A stretch of 64,000 bases of DNA, taken from the IMG/VR virus record IMGVR_UViG_3300047557_002530, one strand, 5' to 3'. A program made the position numbers and the translations under genes. This document shows positions 26,254 to 34,864 of the stretch, piece after piece; position 1 is the first letter of the stretch, and every line of letters begins with the position of its first letter. The stretch comes from a virus (taxonomy: Duplodnaviria; Caudoviricetes). A model generated the notes under the pieces. It was given only the letters and a program-made list of their open reading frames with translations. It was not told the origin of the DNA and searched no databases.

Positions 26254-26530
26254 CTATTGGGTGGTGACAGACAAAACCACAGGTAGAGTAATCGCTCATT
26301 GCGGGGAAGAGAATGATGCATTGATGTTAGTTGGATTTGATAAAGATAAAAGAAATTATCGTAAACAAAAGTTTATTCTGGATCAGGTCATTACAGTAAC
26401 ATCAACAACAGATAAACAACTTCCTGGTCAATTGGGTTTACCTGCAGCAAAAGAAGAACTTCCTCCTATGGATCTTCAACAACAAGTATGGTTGCCTGAG
26501 GGACAGGGAATTCCAGTTAACGCTAAATAA
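26246..26530 (+). CDS. hypothetical cyanophage protein
   Basis: 94-aa ORF in operon context. Confidence 0.7.
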   Translation: MYDYWVVTDKTTGRVIAHCGEENDALMLVGFDKDKRNYRKQKFILDQVITVTSTTDKQLPGQLGLPAAKEELPPMDLQQQVWLPEGQGIPVNAK

Positions 26531-26550
26531 CTTTCAGTTTTATAACAATT

Positions 26551-26787
26551 ATGAAATTTACAGTTTATTCAAAAGACGGTTGCCCATATTGCACAAAGGT
26601 TCAACAAGTGCTAGAGTTGGCACAACTACAATACGTAGTCTACAAATTGAATACTGATTTTACTCGTGATGAGTTTTATGCTGAGTTTGGAGAAGGTTCT
26701 ACCTTTCCTCAAGTAATTATTAATGACAAACACATTGGTGGGTGTTCGGATACCGTTCAATATCTACAGGAGCAAAAATTAGTTTAA
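26551..26787 (+). CDS. glutaredoxin
   Basis: GCPYC active site, TFPQV, IGG. Confidence 0.93.
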   Translation: MKFTVYSKDGCPYCTKVQQVLELAQLQYVVYKLNTDFTRDEFYAEFGEGSTFPQVIINDKHIGGCSDTVQYLQEQKLV

Positions 26788-27146
26788 TGAATACGAACAT
26801 TCACGAAGTTTACAACGATGTAGAAAAAGCAATTGATTATGCATTCAATGGTCAGTTTGTTTTAAAATTTTATGACTATCTAAAAGTTCGTGGAACAAAA
26901 AAAGTAGAAGTCGAACAATTTATTGAAAGTTCTACTGCTACTGAAATTAGTAATCTTGTAATGGATTTGGATGATTATCTTGAAGGTGGATCAGATGAGA
27001 TTCATAAACAACTTCGCGAAGGATACGGGCACATTCCAAAACCACAGGCAAGAAAAATAAGAAATTATCTATATGGTATTCTTGAAGATGCCTGGAGATA
27101 TAATCATGATAAACGACCAGGAAGAAGAAAGAAGCAAACTAAATAA
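26787..27146 (+). CDS. hypothetical protein
   Basis: ORF from ATG 26787 (TAATG overlap with glutaredoxin). Confidence 0.75.
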   Translation: MNTNIHEVYNDVEKAIDYAFNGQFVLKFYDYLKVRGTKKVEVEQFIESSTATEISNLVMDLDDYLEGGSDEIHKQLREGYGHIPKPQARKIRNYLYGILEDAWRYNHDKRPGRRKKQTK

Positions 27147-27309
27147 GTCAGAACCCCAAATCAATAGGGGCGTTGAATTATTACTACGCAATAGGAGGAG
27201 ATCATCTGCACCAAAGACTTTTCAAGTGAAGTTTGGTAAAATGATCTCTCTTTTTCGTAGGGAGTTTCATTTCTTTATAGAATTTAACTTTGATGTAAGA
27301 AAAAAATAA
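27073..27309 (+). CDS. hypothetical protein (true start uncertain)
   Basis: PQINRGVELLLR...REFHFFIEF ORF. Confidence 0.55.
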   Translation: MVFLKMPGDIIMINDQEEERSKLNKSEPQINRGVELLLRNRRRSSAPKTFQVKFGKMISLFRREFHFFIEFNFDVRKK

Positions 27310-27327
27310 ACTCTCTGGAGAAAACAA

Positions 27328-27564
27328 ATGGAAACAGCATATGTAGTAACATTCATTACAATGTTTACCTTGCTCTTTTTTATGGTAGGAGGTATAATAG
27401 GCTGGTTAACTTACCGACATTTGCTGGAATCAAGACCTCCATATTTGCATCCAGAGTTCTTTGACGAAAATGGGCAGGTTATTCCTGACGAAATAGTATC
27501 TGTACGATTTGAAAACAATTACGACTATGACTACGACGACGAAAACGAAGAGAGCGACGACTGA
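27328..27564 (+). CDS. small membrane protein with acidic tail
   Basis: N-terminal TM segment, LHPEFFDENGQVIPDE. Confidence 0.7.
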   Translation: METAYVVTFITMFTLLFFMVGGIIGWLTYRHLLESRPPYLHPEFFDENGQVIPDEIVSVRFENNYDYDYDDENEESDD

Positions 27565-28099
27565 AAAACCGATTGAAACTCTTCCGACAAACCCCTTTGT
27601 TTTTGAGATTCTAGAACTTGCATCAAAGCAAAGAAGCGATGCAAAGAAGGTTGAAGTTCTTAAAACTTATGAACATGATTCTCTAAAGACTATTTTTATT
27701 TGGAACTTTGACGAATCTGTTATTTCTCTTTTACCTGAAGGAGAAGTTCCCTATGGCGATGTGAAAGATCAAAATGTATATTCTGGATCACTTTCAACAA
27801 ATCTCTCCATGGAAGCAAGGGGAGGAGAGTCTGCTACCGGTCAAGATCTAGATGGTAGAGGAAGAACTTCTTTGAGGAGAGAATATCAAAACCTATATCA
27901 CTATGTAAAAGGTGGTAACAATACTCTATCTACGATCCGTAGAGAGATGATGTTTATTAATCTTCTCCAGGGACTTCATCCTAGGGAAGCGGAAGTTTTG
28001 ATTCTTACAAAAGATAAAAAACTCCAAACTAAATACAAGATAACTCTTGAGAATGTAAAAGAAGCATACCCCGATGTTCAGTGGGGTGGTCGTTCATGA
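27527..28099 (+). CDS. hypothetical T4-like cyanophage protein
   Basis: Long ORF in the core region, ...RREMMFINLLQGLHPREAE... Confidence 0.75.
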   Translation: MTTTTKTKRATTEKPIETLPTNPFVFEILELASKQRSDAKKVEVLKTYEHDSLKTIFIWNFDESVISLLPEGEVPYGDVKDQNVYSGSLSTNLSMEARGGESATGQDLDGRGRTSLRREYQNLYHYVKGGNNTLSTIRREMMFINLLQGLHPREAEVLILTKDKKLQTKYKITLENVKEAYPDVQWGGRS

Positions 28100-28434
28100 G
28101 TGTAGCAGTAGGAGAAAAGAAAAAAATGGCAGAAAATAAAACTAAGATTAATAAAGTTCTGCCTCATGAATATGGATGTGAAATTCTTTTAGAAAAAACT
28201 ACTGTAGAAAAAGCAAAAGATTCTTCACTTCCTAATGATGCATACTTGATTTGGTATGTTGTGGGGGGTGAAGAGCACATTGATCTAACTCGTTGCCCCA
28301 AGCGAGTGAATCTTTTTGATATGTATTATGATAAGTATGGTCCAGGTGCAGTTAAAAAGATTGATTTTGGATATGGTAGAACTAATCCAAAACTTTGGGG
28401 ATACAAACAACCAGAGAAGAAAAAAAGAAAATGA
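28096..28434 (+). CDS. hypothetical protein
   Basis: ATGA-coupled ORF. Confidence 0.7.
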   Translation: MSVAVGEKKKMAENKTKINKVLPHEYGCEILLEKTTVEKAKDSSLPNDAYLIWYVVGGEEHIDLTRCPKRVNLFDMYYDKYGPGAVKKIDFGYGRTNPKLWGYKQPEKKKRK

Positions 28435-28610
28435 GTCAAGGATTTGATGTAGAAATTGAAATGCCGAAGTCTGACATTGACAGACTTCTTAAGCAATATA
28501 AAAAAGTAAAAAAATATCAAAAATCATCTCTGTACGCTATCAAAACAATGGACGGAACAGAAGAGATTGTTAGTTCATTGGTGAAGGAAGCGGAGGAGAA
28601 TCCACTGTAA
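28431..28610 (+). CDS. hypothetical protein
   Basis: ATGA-coupled ORF. Confidence 0.65.
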   Translation: MSQGFDVEIEMPKSDIDRLLKQYKKVKKYQKSSLYAIKTMDGTEEIVSSLVKEAEENPL

Positions 28611-28937
28611 ATGGGAAAGCATTATCTACTTAACTTGTATGGATGCTCGTTTGTTCTTTTGGACGACGAGCGTTGTCTTATAGACTTATTGGAAAACGCA
28701 GCAGTTGCAAGCGGTGCTACTGTGGTTCAAACTATCTCAAAGAAGTTTGAACCACAGGGAGTCACTGTGATTTGCCTGTTATCTGAAAGTCATATTAGCA
28801 TTCATACTTGGCCTGAGGAAGGTAAGGCAGCAGTGGACGTTTATACTTGTGGTGATTGTAATCCAAAGATTGGGTGTGATATTATCATTCAACAACTTTA
28901 TGCAACTAATCACACGTTAAGTTACATAGAACGGTAA
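28611..28937 (+). CDS. speD: S-adenosylmethionine decarboxylase proenzyme
   Basis: MGKHYLLNLYGC, FEPQGVT..LLSESHISIHTWPE (E-S cleavage site), DVYTCG. Confidence 0.95.
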   Translation: MGKHYLLNLYGCSFVLLDDERCLIDLLENAAVASGATVVQTISKKFEPQGVTVICLLSESHISIHTWPEEGKAAVDVYTCGDCNPKIGCDIIIQQLYATNHTLSYIER

Positions 28938-28990
28938 CAAAAGTTACAGAACTTTTTGCATAACTATACTAACAGGTCTATAATGACCTT

Positions 28991-29088
28991 ACGTTCATCC
29001 CTATGGGACGGAAGTAAGCCGACGCGGAACGGAACGTTCATTCGCTATTCGCAAATAGCGAACGCAAACGCCGACTGAAGGAACGCTC
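28991..29088 (+). ncRNA. tandem glnA-type glutamine riboswitch
   Basis: Two CGTTCA-hairpin-ACG(G/C)AA...GCCGAC...GGAACG units, 5' of a DUF4278-like gene. Confidence 0.8.
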
Positions 29089-29117
29089 TTTAACCTAAAC
29101 CATTAAGGAGAGCCCTA

Positions 29118-29255
29118 ATGTCTAAAGTAGTATATCGCGGTGTTGAGTATGACACCCAAAAGCGTCTTGAGTATCAACAACAAATGATGCAGCAACCCCA
29201 ACAATACAATGAAACCTATCGTGGTGTTAAGTTTGTAAAGGAGGGGCACAAATGA
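29118..29255 (+). CDS. DUF4278-like small protein (45 aa)
   Basis: Two YRGV motifs (VVYRGVEYD, TYRGVKF); RBS AAGGAG. Confidence 0.8.
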   Translation: MSKVVYRGVEYDTQKRLEYQQQMMQQPQQYNETYRGVKFVKEGHK

Positions 29256-29350
29256 AAAAACTCAATGTACTTCAACTCATTAAAGAGCAGAAGCAAAAAG
29301 AAGAGAGGCGTCGTAAGGCATCTCTTGCTATTCTGGTAGCAGCAAAATAA
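29252..29350 (+). CDS. 32-aa basic peptide
   Basis: MKKLNVLQLIKEQKQKEERRRKASLAILVAAK*, RBS GGAGG and ATGA overlap. Confidence 0.65.
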   Translation: MKKLNVLQLIKEQKQKEERRRKASLAILVAAK

Positions 29351-29353
29351 TTT

Positions 29354-29392
29354 AGAGGAGTGCTTGACACTCCTCTTTTTTTTGTCTATAAT
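29354..29392 (+). terminator. terminator with embedded sigma70 promoter
   Basis: AGAGGAGTG-CTTGA-CACTCCTCT-T tract; TTGACA(29364)-17-TATAAT(29387). Confidence 0.85.
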
Positions 29393-29414
29393 ACCTTTGT
29401 CGAGGTTGATAAAA

Positions 29415-29597
29415 ATGGATAGAGAAAAGATTAAGCTAATTGTCAGAAACCTTGAGTCTCTGGTAGAATGCTTGAAGGCAGAGATTGAACCTGAGATTGA
29501 AAATGAGGTAAAGGATCCTGTCTATGATGAGATTAAAACTTTTTTAACTGACTACGACGAAGTATTTTATGACGAGGAAGATGAATACGATGTATGA
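29415..29597 (+). CDS. hypothetical protein
   Basis: MDREKIKLIVRNLESLV..., acidic tail. Confidence 0.7.
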   Translation: MDREKIKLIVRNLESLVECLKAEIEPEIENEVKDPVYDEIKTFLTDYDEVFYDEEDEYDV

Positions 29598-30300
29598 TGA
29601 CTTTGAGTTTATGAAACCAGAAGTAAAACTCATTAGTGTTACTCCTGACGCAGAAAAGCACATGGCATATTGTGCTCGGGTAAGTAATCCTGCTAATCAG
29701 GATAATGAAAAGTTTTCTGGTCTACTTAAGTATTGTATTCAACATCAACACTGGAGTATCTTCGAACAAGCTTCAATGACTGTTGAGATCAATACTACTC
29801 GTGGACTGGCAGCTCAAATTCTTCGACATCGTTCATTTACATATCAAGAATTTTCACAACGTTATGCTGACACGAATCTTCTGAATAATATTATTCCTCT
29901 TCCTGAACTACGTCGTCAGGATACTAAGAATCGTCAGAACAGTATTGATGACATTCCTGACTATTTGAAACTGACTCTGACAGAAGACATTCGCGTTCAT
30001 TTTGAGCAGGGTCTACGCCTCTACAACCGCCTTCTAGAGAAGGGTGTAGCAAAGGAGTGCGCGAGGTTCGTATTGCCCCTAGCGACGCCCACAAGACTCT
30101 ATATGACCGGTTCTGTAAGGTCGTGGATACATTACATTGATCTTCGCTCTGCACATGGTACGCAGAAGGAACATATGGAGATTGCAGAACTTGTCCGCTG
30201 TATCTTTACTTGCCAGTTCCCTGCTGTATCTGAAGCACTTGGTTGGACTCGTGATGGGTGTATTGAATGCAATGATGCACCTTCCATTACTATTGAATAA
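29590..30300 (+). CDS. thyX: flavin-dependent thymidylate synthase
   Basis: HWSIFEQA, QILRHRSFTYQEFSQRY (RHRx7S), ARFVLP. Confidence 0.96.
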   Translation: MYDDFEFMKPEVKLISVTPDAEKHMAYCARVSNPANQDNEKFSGLLKYCIQHQHWSIFEQASMTVEINTTRGLAAQILRHRSFTYQEFSQRYADTNLLNNIIPLPELRRQDTKNRQNSIDDIPDYLKLTLTEDIRVHFEQGLRLYNRLLEKGVAKECARFVLPLATPTRLYMTGSVRSWIHYIDLRSAHGTQKEHMEIAELVRCIFTCQFPAVSEALGWTRDGCIECNDAPSITIE

Positions 30301-30329
30301 ATATCCTTACATACGATGGAGGTGTAACA

Positions 30330-30578
30330 TTGGCAACATATCCAGTTTATAATAAAGTTACTGGTGAACAAAAAGAAGTCTCTATGAGTGTTCACGATTG
30401 GGATCAGTGGAAACAAGATAATCCTGATTGGGATAGAGATTGGTCTGACCCATCAACTTGCCCTAACTCTGGGGAAGTTGGTGAGGTTTATGATAGACTT
30501 AAGAAGTCTCACCCAGGATGGAATGATGTTCTTAAGCGAGCATCACAAGCACCAGGTTCAAAAGTAAAACCAGTTTAA
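30330..30578 (+). CDS. hypothetical cyanophage protein
   Basis: TTG start with RBS GGAGG; ATYPV..., HPGWNDVL. Confidence 0.75.
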   Translation: MATYPVYNKVTGEQKEVSMSVHDWDQWKQDNPDWDRDWSDPSTCPNSGEVGEVYDRLKKSHPGWNDVLKRASQAPGSKVKPV

Positions 30579-30584
30579 TTCTAT

Positions 30585-31340
30585 ATGGCAAGAAAAAGAA
30601 GAGTAGAAGATCAACCAATTGGTGTTGGAATGACTGCCAAACAAATGAAACGCAAGAAACCAATTGGTCTTGACTTAATGAGAGATATTGAACCTCTCAC
30701 AGATAATCAGAAACTTCTATATGAAGCATATGAAAAGGGACAAAACCTTGTTGCTTATGGATGTGCGGGAACAGGTAAAACATTTATCACTTTATATAAT
30801 GCCCTTCAAGATGTACTAGATGAAAGAAGTCCTTACGAAAAAATCTATATTGTAAGATCTCTTGTTGCTACTCGTGAGATTGGTTTCCTACCTGGAGACC
30901 ATGAGGACAAGTCATCGCTTTATCAGATTCCTTATAAGAATATGGTGAAGTATATGTTCCAAATGCCAGATGACGCATCGTTTGAAATGCTCTATGGAAA
31001 CCTCAAAACTCAAGGTACGATTAGTTTTTGGAGCACTTCTTTTATTCGCGGAACTACTCTGGACAATGCAATCATTATCGTAGACGAGTTCCAAAACTTG
31101 AACTTTCATGAACTTGATAGTATCATTACTCGTGTTGGTGAGAACTCAAGGATTATGTTCTGTGGTGATGCTACTCAATCTGATCTTATCAAAACAAATG
31201 AGAAGAATGGAATTGTTGATTTTATGAAAGTTCTTCGTATTATGCCCTCCATTGATACTATTGAATTTGGCGTAGATGACATTGTTCGTTCTGGTCTAGT
31301 TAAGGAATATATTCTCGCAAAAATGGAAGTTGGTGTATGA
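30585..31340 (+). CDS. phoH: PhoH-family ATPase
   Basis: GCAGTGKT Walker A, REIGFLPG, RGTTLD, DEFQN, GDATQSD. Confidence 0.95.
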   Translation: MARKRRVEDQPIGVGMTAKQMKRKKPIGLDLMRDIEPLTDNQKLLYEAYEKGQNLVAYGCAGTGKTFITLYNALQDVLDERSPYEKIYIVRSLVATREIGFLPGDHEDKSSLYQIPYKNMVKYMFQMPDDASFEMLYGNLKTQGTISFWSTSFIRGTTLDNAIIIVDEFQNLNFHELDSIITRVGENSRIMFCGDATQSDLIKTNEKNGIVDFMKVLRIMPSIDTIEFGVDDIVRSGLVKEYILAKMEVGV

Positions 31341-32017
31341 CCTTTAATCATTGTAATTTTTTGGGTGATCTTGAACTAGAAAAGAAAGAAACAAATGGCA
31401 TCCGCTTGTATAATCTTCCCGATGGTCAGTGGGTGCCTTCTATCACATCTATAACCTCTTTCTACAATCGACAGATCTTTGTTGAATGGAGAAAGAGGAT
31501 TGGTGAAGAAAAAGCAAATGCAATTACAAGAAAAGCAACTGCAAGAGGAACTGACTTTCACCAAGTCTGTCAGGACTACTTGGAAAATAAAGAACTTGTT
31601 TGGGATGATTATCAACCCATGACAAAGTTCATGTATATTCATGCAAAGCCTTATCTGGATAAGATAAATAATATTCACGCCATTGAAAGGACTCTCTATT
31701 CTGAATACCTTGGACTTGCTGGACGAGTTGATTGTATCGCAGAATATGAAGGAGAATTGGCAGTTATTGACTTCAAAACTTCAGACAAGATCAAACCAGA
31801 AGAATGGATTGAAAATTACTTCGTTCAAGAGACATTCTACGCCGCTGCATATTACGAACTCACTGGTCAAGTTGTTAAAAAACTCATCACACTAATGGTA
31901 ACTCCTGGCGGCGAAGTTAAAGTATTTGACAAAAGGAACAAGGGGGACTATATTAAACTATTAGTTCGTTATATCAAAGAATTTGTACATCACAATACTA
32001 GGTCAGATGGAGAATGA
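31337..32017 (+). CDS. PD-(D/E)XK exonuclease
   Basis: RGTDFH, AGRVDCI, IDFKTS, Q...Y motifs. Confidence 0.88.
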   Translation: MTFNHCNFLGDLELEKKETNGIRLYNLPDGQWVPSITSITSFYNRQIFVEWRKRIGEEKANAITRKATARGTDFHQVCQDYLENKELVWDDYQPMTKFMYIHAKPYLDKINNIHAIERTLYSEYLGLAGRVDCIAEYEGELAVIDFKTSDKIKPEEWIENYFVQETFYAAAYYELTGQVVKKLITLMVTPGGEVKVFDKRNKGDYIKLLVRYIKEFVHHNTRSDGE

Positions 32018-32264
32018 ATTAGAGAAAGCATTAGAGAGTAAGTTCTTTTGTCCATCACGTTTTGCTCAAGAGATTGAGAATCTCGTTCAAGTAAACGTTG
32101 AGATGAATTATATTGATGCGATTATCTATTTCTGTGAACAAAACAACATTGATTTGGAATCAGTTCCAAAACTCATCTCAAAACCTTTGAAAGAAAAGAT
32201 TAAGTATGAGGCGATGGAACTGAATTTTCTAAAGAAAACTTCCCGTGCTAAATTAATTTTTTAA
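32007..32264 (+). CDS. gp33: late-promoter transcription coactivator gp33
   Basis: NYIDAIIYFCEQNNID.E, LKEKIKYEA; position before gp59. Confidence 0.85.
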   Translation: MENELEKALESKFFCPSRFAQEIENLVQVNVEMNYIDAIIYFCEQNNIDLESVPKLISKPLKEKIKYEAMELNFLKKTSRAKLIF

Positions 32265-32860
32265 TGATGCCATACGATGCGTACCGTGAATACCTTGCTC
32301 TAAAAAATCATTTTACAAAAGATAACTACGATTATTTTAAGTATAATAAAAAAGTAAGAGCAACAGTTCAATCCTTCTATAAGAGGAAGGATAGAATGTG
32401 GTTTGAAAAGATTTCTAGGCAAAAATCAGATAAAGAAGTCGTTGATTTTTTTGTTGCTAACTTTGCATCTTGTCCTGACCCAGAAACACTTTGGATTGGT
32501 GAGATGATTAAAGAAGGTGAAGAAAGATATCAGAACTGGCAAAAGAAAGTTCAATCTCTTTCTTATATCTTTAAAGAAGAAAGTCAATCTTTGTTTGGAG
32601 AAAATAAGTTTGAAGAGGTTTTTAAGTGTTCGAAGGGACATCCGCCTCTTCTAAAGAAGTTCCTGAGCGGGAATATTAGCCTAGAAACTATGGTGATATA
32701 CGATAGAATATTCCTGTTCGGGAACAAGTTTGATAGTAAACTTCAAGACCCGGTGTGGCAAACCGTCAGTCGTCGGATTAAAAAATATAATCCATTTCTA
32801 AATATTGATGTATTTCGTTTTCGCAAAATCTTGAAAGAAATTATTCTGGAGGGTCAATGA
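32264..32860 (+). CDS. gp59: helicase loader gp59
   Basis: YLALKNHFTKDNYDYFKY, FYKRKD; T4 synteny 33-59-32. Confidence 0.88.
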   Translation: MMPYDAYREYLALKNHFTKDNYDYFKYNKKVRATVQSFYKRKDRMWFEKISRQKSDKEVVDFFVANFASCPDPETLWIGEMIKEGEERYQNWQKKVQSLSYIFKEESQSLFGENKFEEVFKCSKGHPPLLKKFLSGNISLETMVIYDRIFLFGNKFDSKLQDPVWQTVSRRIKKYNPFLNIDVFRFRKILKEIILEGQ

Positions 32861-33201
32861 GTTTCTTTAACTCCGAAGTCGTTCGTGCAGAGATGACTGA
32901 AATTGCAGAACTTCAGGAACAAATCTACGGAAACATTTTTAAGTTTCCTACAATGTCTAAAGAAGAAAAACTTGAGCATGTTGGATTTCTTGAAACTCTC
33001 TTAGATAAACAAAAAGTTCTTTACACAAGAATGAGTTTGTCTGATGATCCTGAAGCAAAAGAGATGAAGGAACGTGTTATCAATTCTGCTATTATGATGG
33101 GTATGCCTCCTGGCACTGATATGAACATCATCCTTAATAATATGTCTCAGATGCTTGATGTCATGAGGAAACAGATTGACAAAACAGGTTCAGACCTGTA
33201 G
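32857..33201 (+). CDS. hypothetical protein (DUF1825-like)
   Basis: MSFFNSEVVR..., RMSLSDDPEA. Confidence 0.7.
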   Translation: MSFFNSEVVRAEMTEIAELQEQIYGNIFKFPTMSKEEKLEHVGFLETLLDKQKVLYTRMSLSDDPEAKEMKERVINSAIMMGMPPGTDMNIILNNMSQMLDVMRKQIDKTGSDL

Positions 33202-33249
33202 AATAACGAAGTACACAAAAGCCAAATCCTACTAATACGGAGAAATCTA

Positions 33250-34194
33250 ATGTCATTCGAAAATCTCAAAAAACAATCCAAACTGGGTTCTCTCACTTCT
33301 AAACTGGTGAAGGAAGTTGAGAAGATGAGTACAACTTCTGGTGGTGCTGATGAGCGTCTCTGGAAACCTGAAATGGATAAAACTGGTAACGGTTTCGCAG
33401 TTATCCGTTTCCTCCCTGCCCCTGAAGGTGAAGAACTTCCTTGGGCAAAGATGTATTCCCACGCTTTCCAAGGTCCTGGTGGTTGGTACATTGAAAACTC
33501 TCTGACTACCATCGGACAAAAAGATCCTCTTGGTGAACATAACCGCGAACTGTGGAACAGTGGTATTGAATCTAACAAAGAAACTGTTCGTAAACAAAAG
33601 CGTAAACTGTCTTATTACAGCAACATCTACGTTGTAAAGGATCCCGTTAATCCTCAGAACGAAGGTAAGGTCTTCCTCTTTAAATATGGCAAGAAGATCT
33701 TTGATAAGATTATGGAAGCAATGCAACCTGAGTTTGAGGATGAAACTCCTATCAATCCTTTTGACTTCTGGCAAGGTGCTAATTTCAAACTCAAAATCGT
33801 AAAGAAAGATGGGTATTGGAACTACGACAAATCTGAATTTGGTTCTGTTGAACCACTACTGGATGATGACGATGCTCTGGAAGCCCTCTGGAAGAAAGAG
33901 TATTCTCTGACTGCAATCACTGCTCCAGATCAGTTCAAGTCCTATGAAGATCTTGAGCGTCGTATGAATATGGTTCTGGGTCTTAAGAACTCTTCTCCTG
34001 CTCGTTCCCGTGCAGTAGTCGAACAAGAAGATGATCTCGAAGAGTTTACACAAACTCCTACAGTCCAAGATCGTGTTGTGGAAGAACTGGAACAGTCTTA
34101 TGCTCGTTCTAAGTCCCCTTCACTTCCCCAAATCTCTCAAGACGATGATGAGGATGATGCACTTTCTTACTTCCAGCGTCTTGCTGAAGATTGA
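33250..34194 (+). CDS. gp32: single-stranded DNA-binding protein gp32
   Basis: DKTGNGFAVIRFLPAP, GPGGWYIEN, GANFKLKI, acidic C-terminus. Confidence 0.96.
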   Translation: MSFENLKKQSKLGSLTSKLVKEVEKMSTTSGGADERLWKPEMDKTGNGFAVIRFLPAPEGEELPWAKMYSHAFQGPGGWYIENSLTTIGQKDPLGEHNRELWNSGIESNKETVRKQKRKLSYYSNIYVVKDPVNPQNEGKVFLFKYGKKIFDKIMEAMQPEFEDETPINPFDFWQGANFKLKIVKKDGYWNYDKSEFGSVEPLLDDDDALEALWKKEYSLTAITAPDQFKSYEDLERRMNMVLGLKNSSPARSRAVVEQEDDLEEFTQTPTVQDRVVEELEQSYARSKSPSLPQISQDDDEDDALSYFQRLAED

Positions 34195-34863
34195 TTAAGA
34201 ATAGAGTCTAATATTATCTCCTTTCTTTAAGGTGTCGCTTACATATTGAGCGGCACCTTTTTTATATGTCATCAATTCGTTCATATCATTAAAGATTAGA
34301 TTTAAGTATCTTGCTTTAAGAATAAAGATGTTTCTTTTATCATCTTCAATTTTTTGTTCGTATTGATAGTTTGTGATTGGTACTGTAAAGTTTCTTATTG
34401 TTACTTTTCTTCCTAAACCATCATCATAGTAACTTGTTGAAAAGTTTGATGGAACTACTAACCCAGCAGGAATAATAGTAATGCCATTTGAGTTTACTAC
34501 TTCTGTTGTTTCATAGTGACGAACTGCATTCATATTTTGATATGATCCATACTTTTCTAATAAGAAATTATCAAAACCAGATTGGGGTAAGGGCCATTCT
34601 GTCTGAACGTTCAAAATATTATTAGCAAGTAAAACAACCCAGTCCAAGCTTTCATCTTCATACACATTATATGCAACATTATCTGGTCTTTCATCTCCAA
34701 CGATCTTATACTTTGTGAAGAAATTTAAGTTGCCAAAAATGTCTTCTCTTAACTTCCCTCTCTTAAAAAGATTTTTGACAGTCTGATAGTCAGAGATACT
34801 TTGTGCATCTGGAGTTCTATTGACATATTGGAAGTCTGGAACTTGTCGAAAATAGCTTGGCAT
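34195..34863 (-). CDS. gp53: baseplate wedge protein gp53
   Basis: ERPDNVAYNVY...WVVLLANNI LysM-like motif. Confidence 0.85.
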   Translation of the reverse strand: MPSYFRQVPDFQYVNRTPDAQSISDYQTVKNLFKRGKLREDIFGNLNFFTKYKIVGDERPDNVAYNVYEDESLDWVVLLANNILNVQTEWPLPQSGFDNFLLEKYGSYQNMNAVRHYETTEVVNSNGITIIPAGLVVPSNFSTSYYDDGLGRKVTIRNFTVPITNYQYEQKIEDDKRNIFILKARYLNLIFNDMNELMTYKKGAAQYVSDTLKKGDNIRLYS

Positions 34864-34864
34864 A

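Noticed and set aside
31337-32017. Cas4-like nuclease as a sign of CRISPR
   Set aside because: It sits in the normal T4-like core block (phoH-exonuclease-33-59-32); no repeat-spacer array was seen anywhere in the window.
33253-33774. 173-aa antisense ORF inside gp32, and the many similar minus-strand ORFs inside long genes
   Set aside because: Fully nested opposite well-supported genes, with compositions typical of reverse-frame artefacts.
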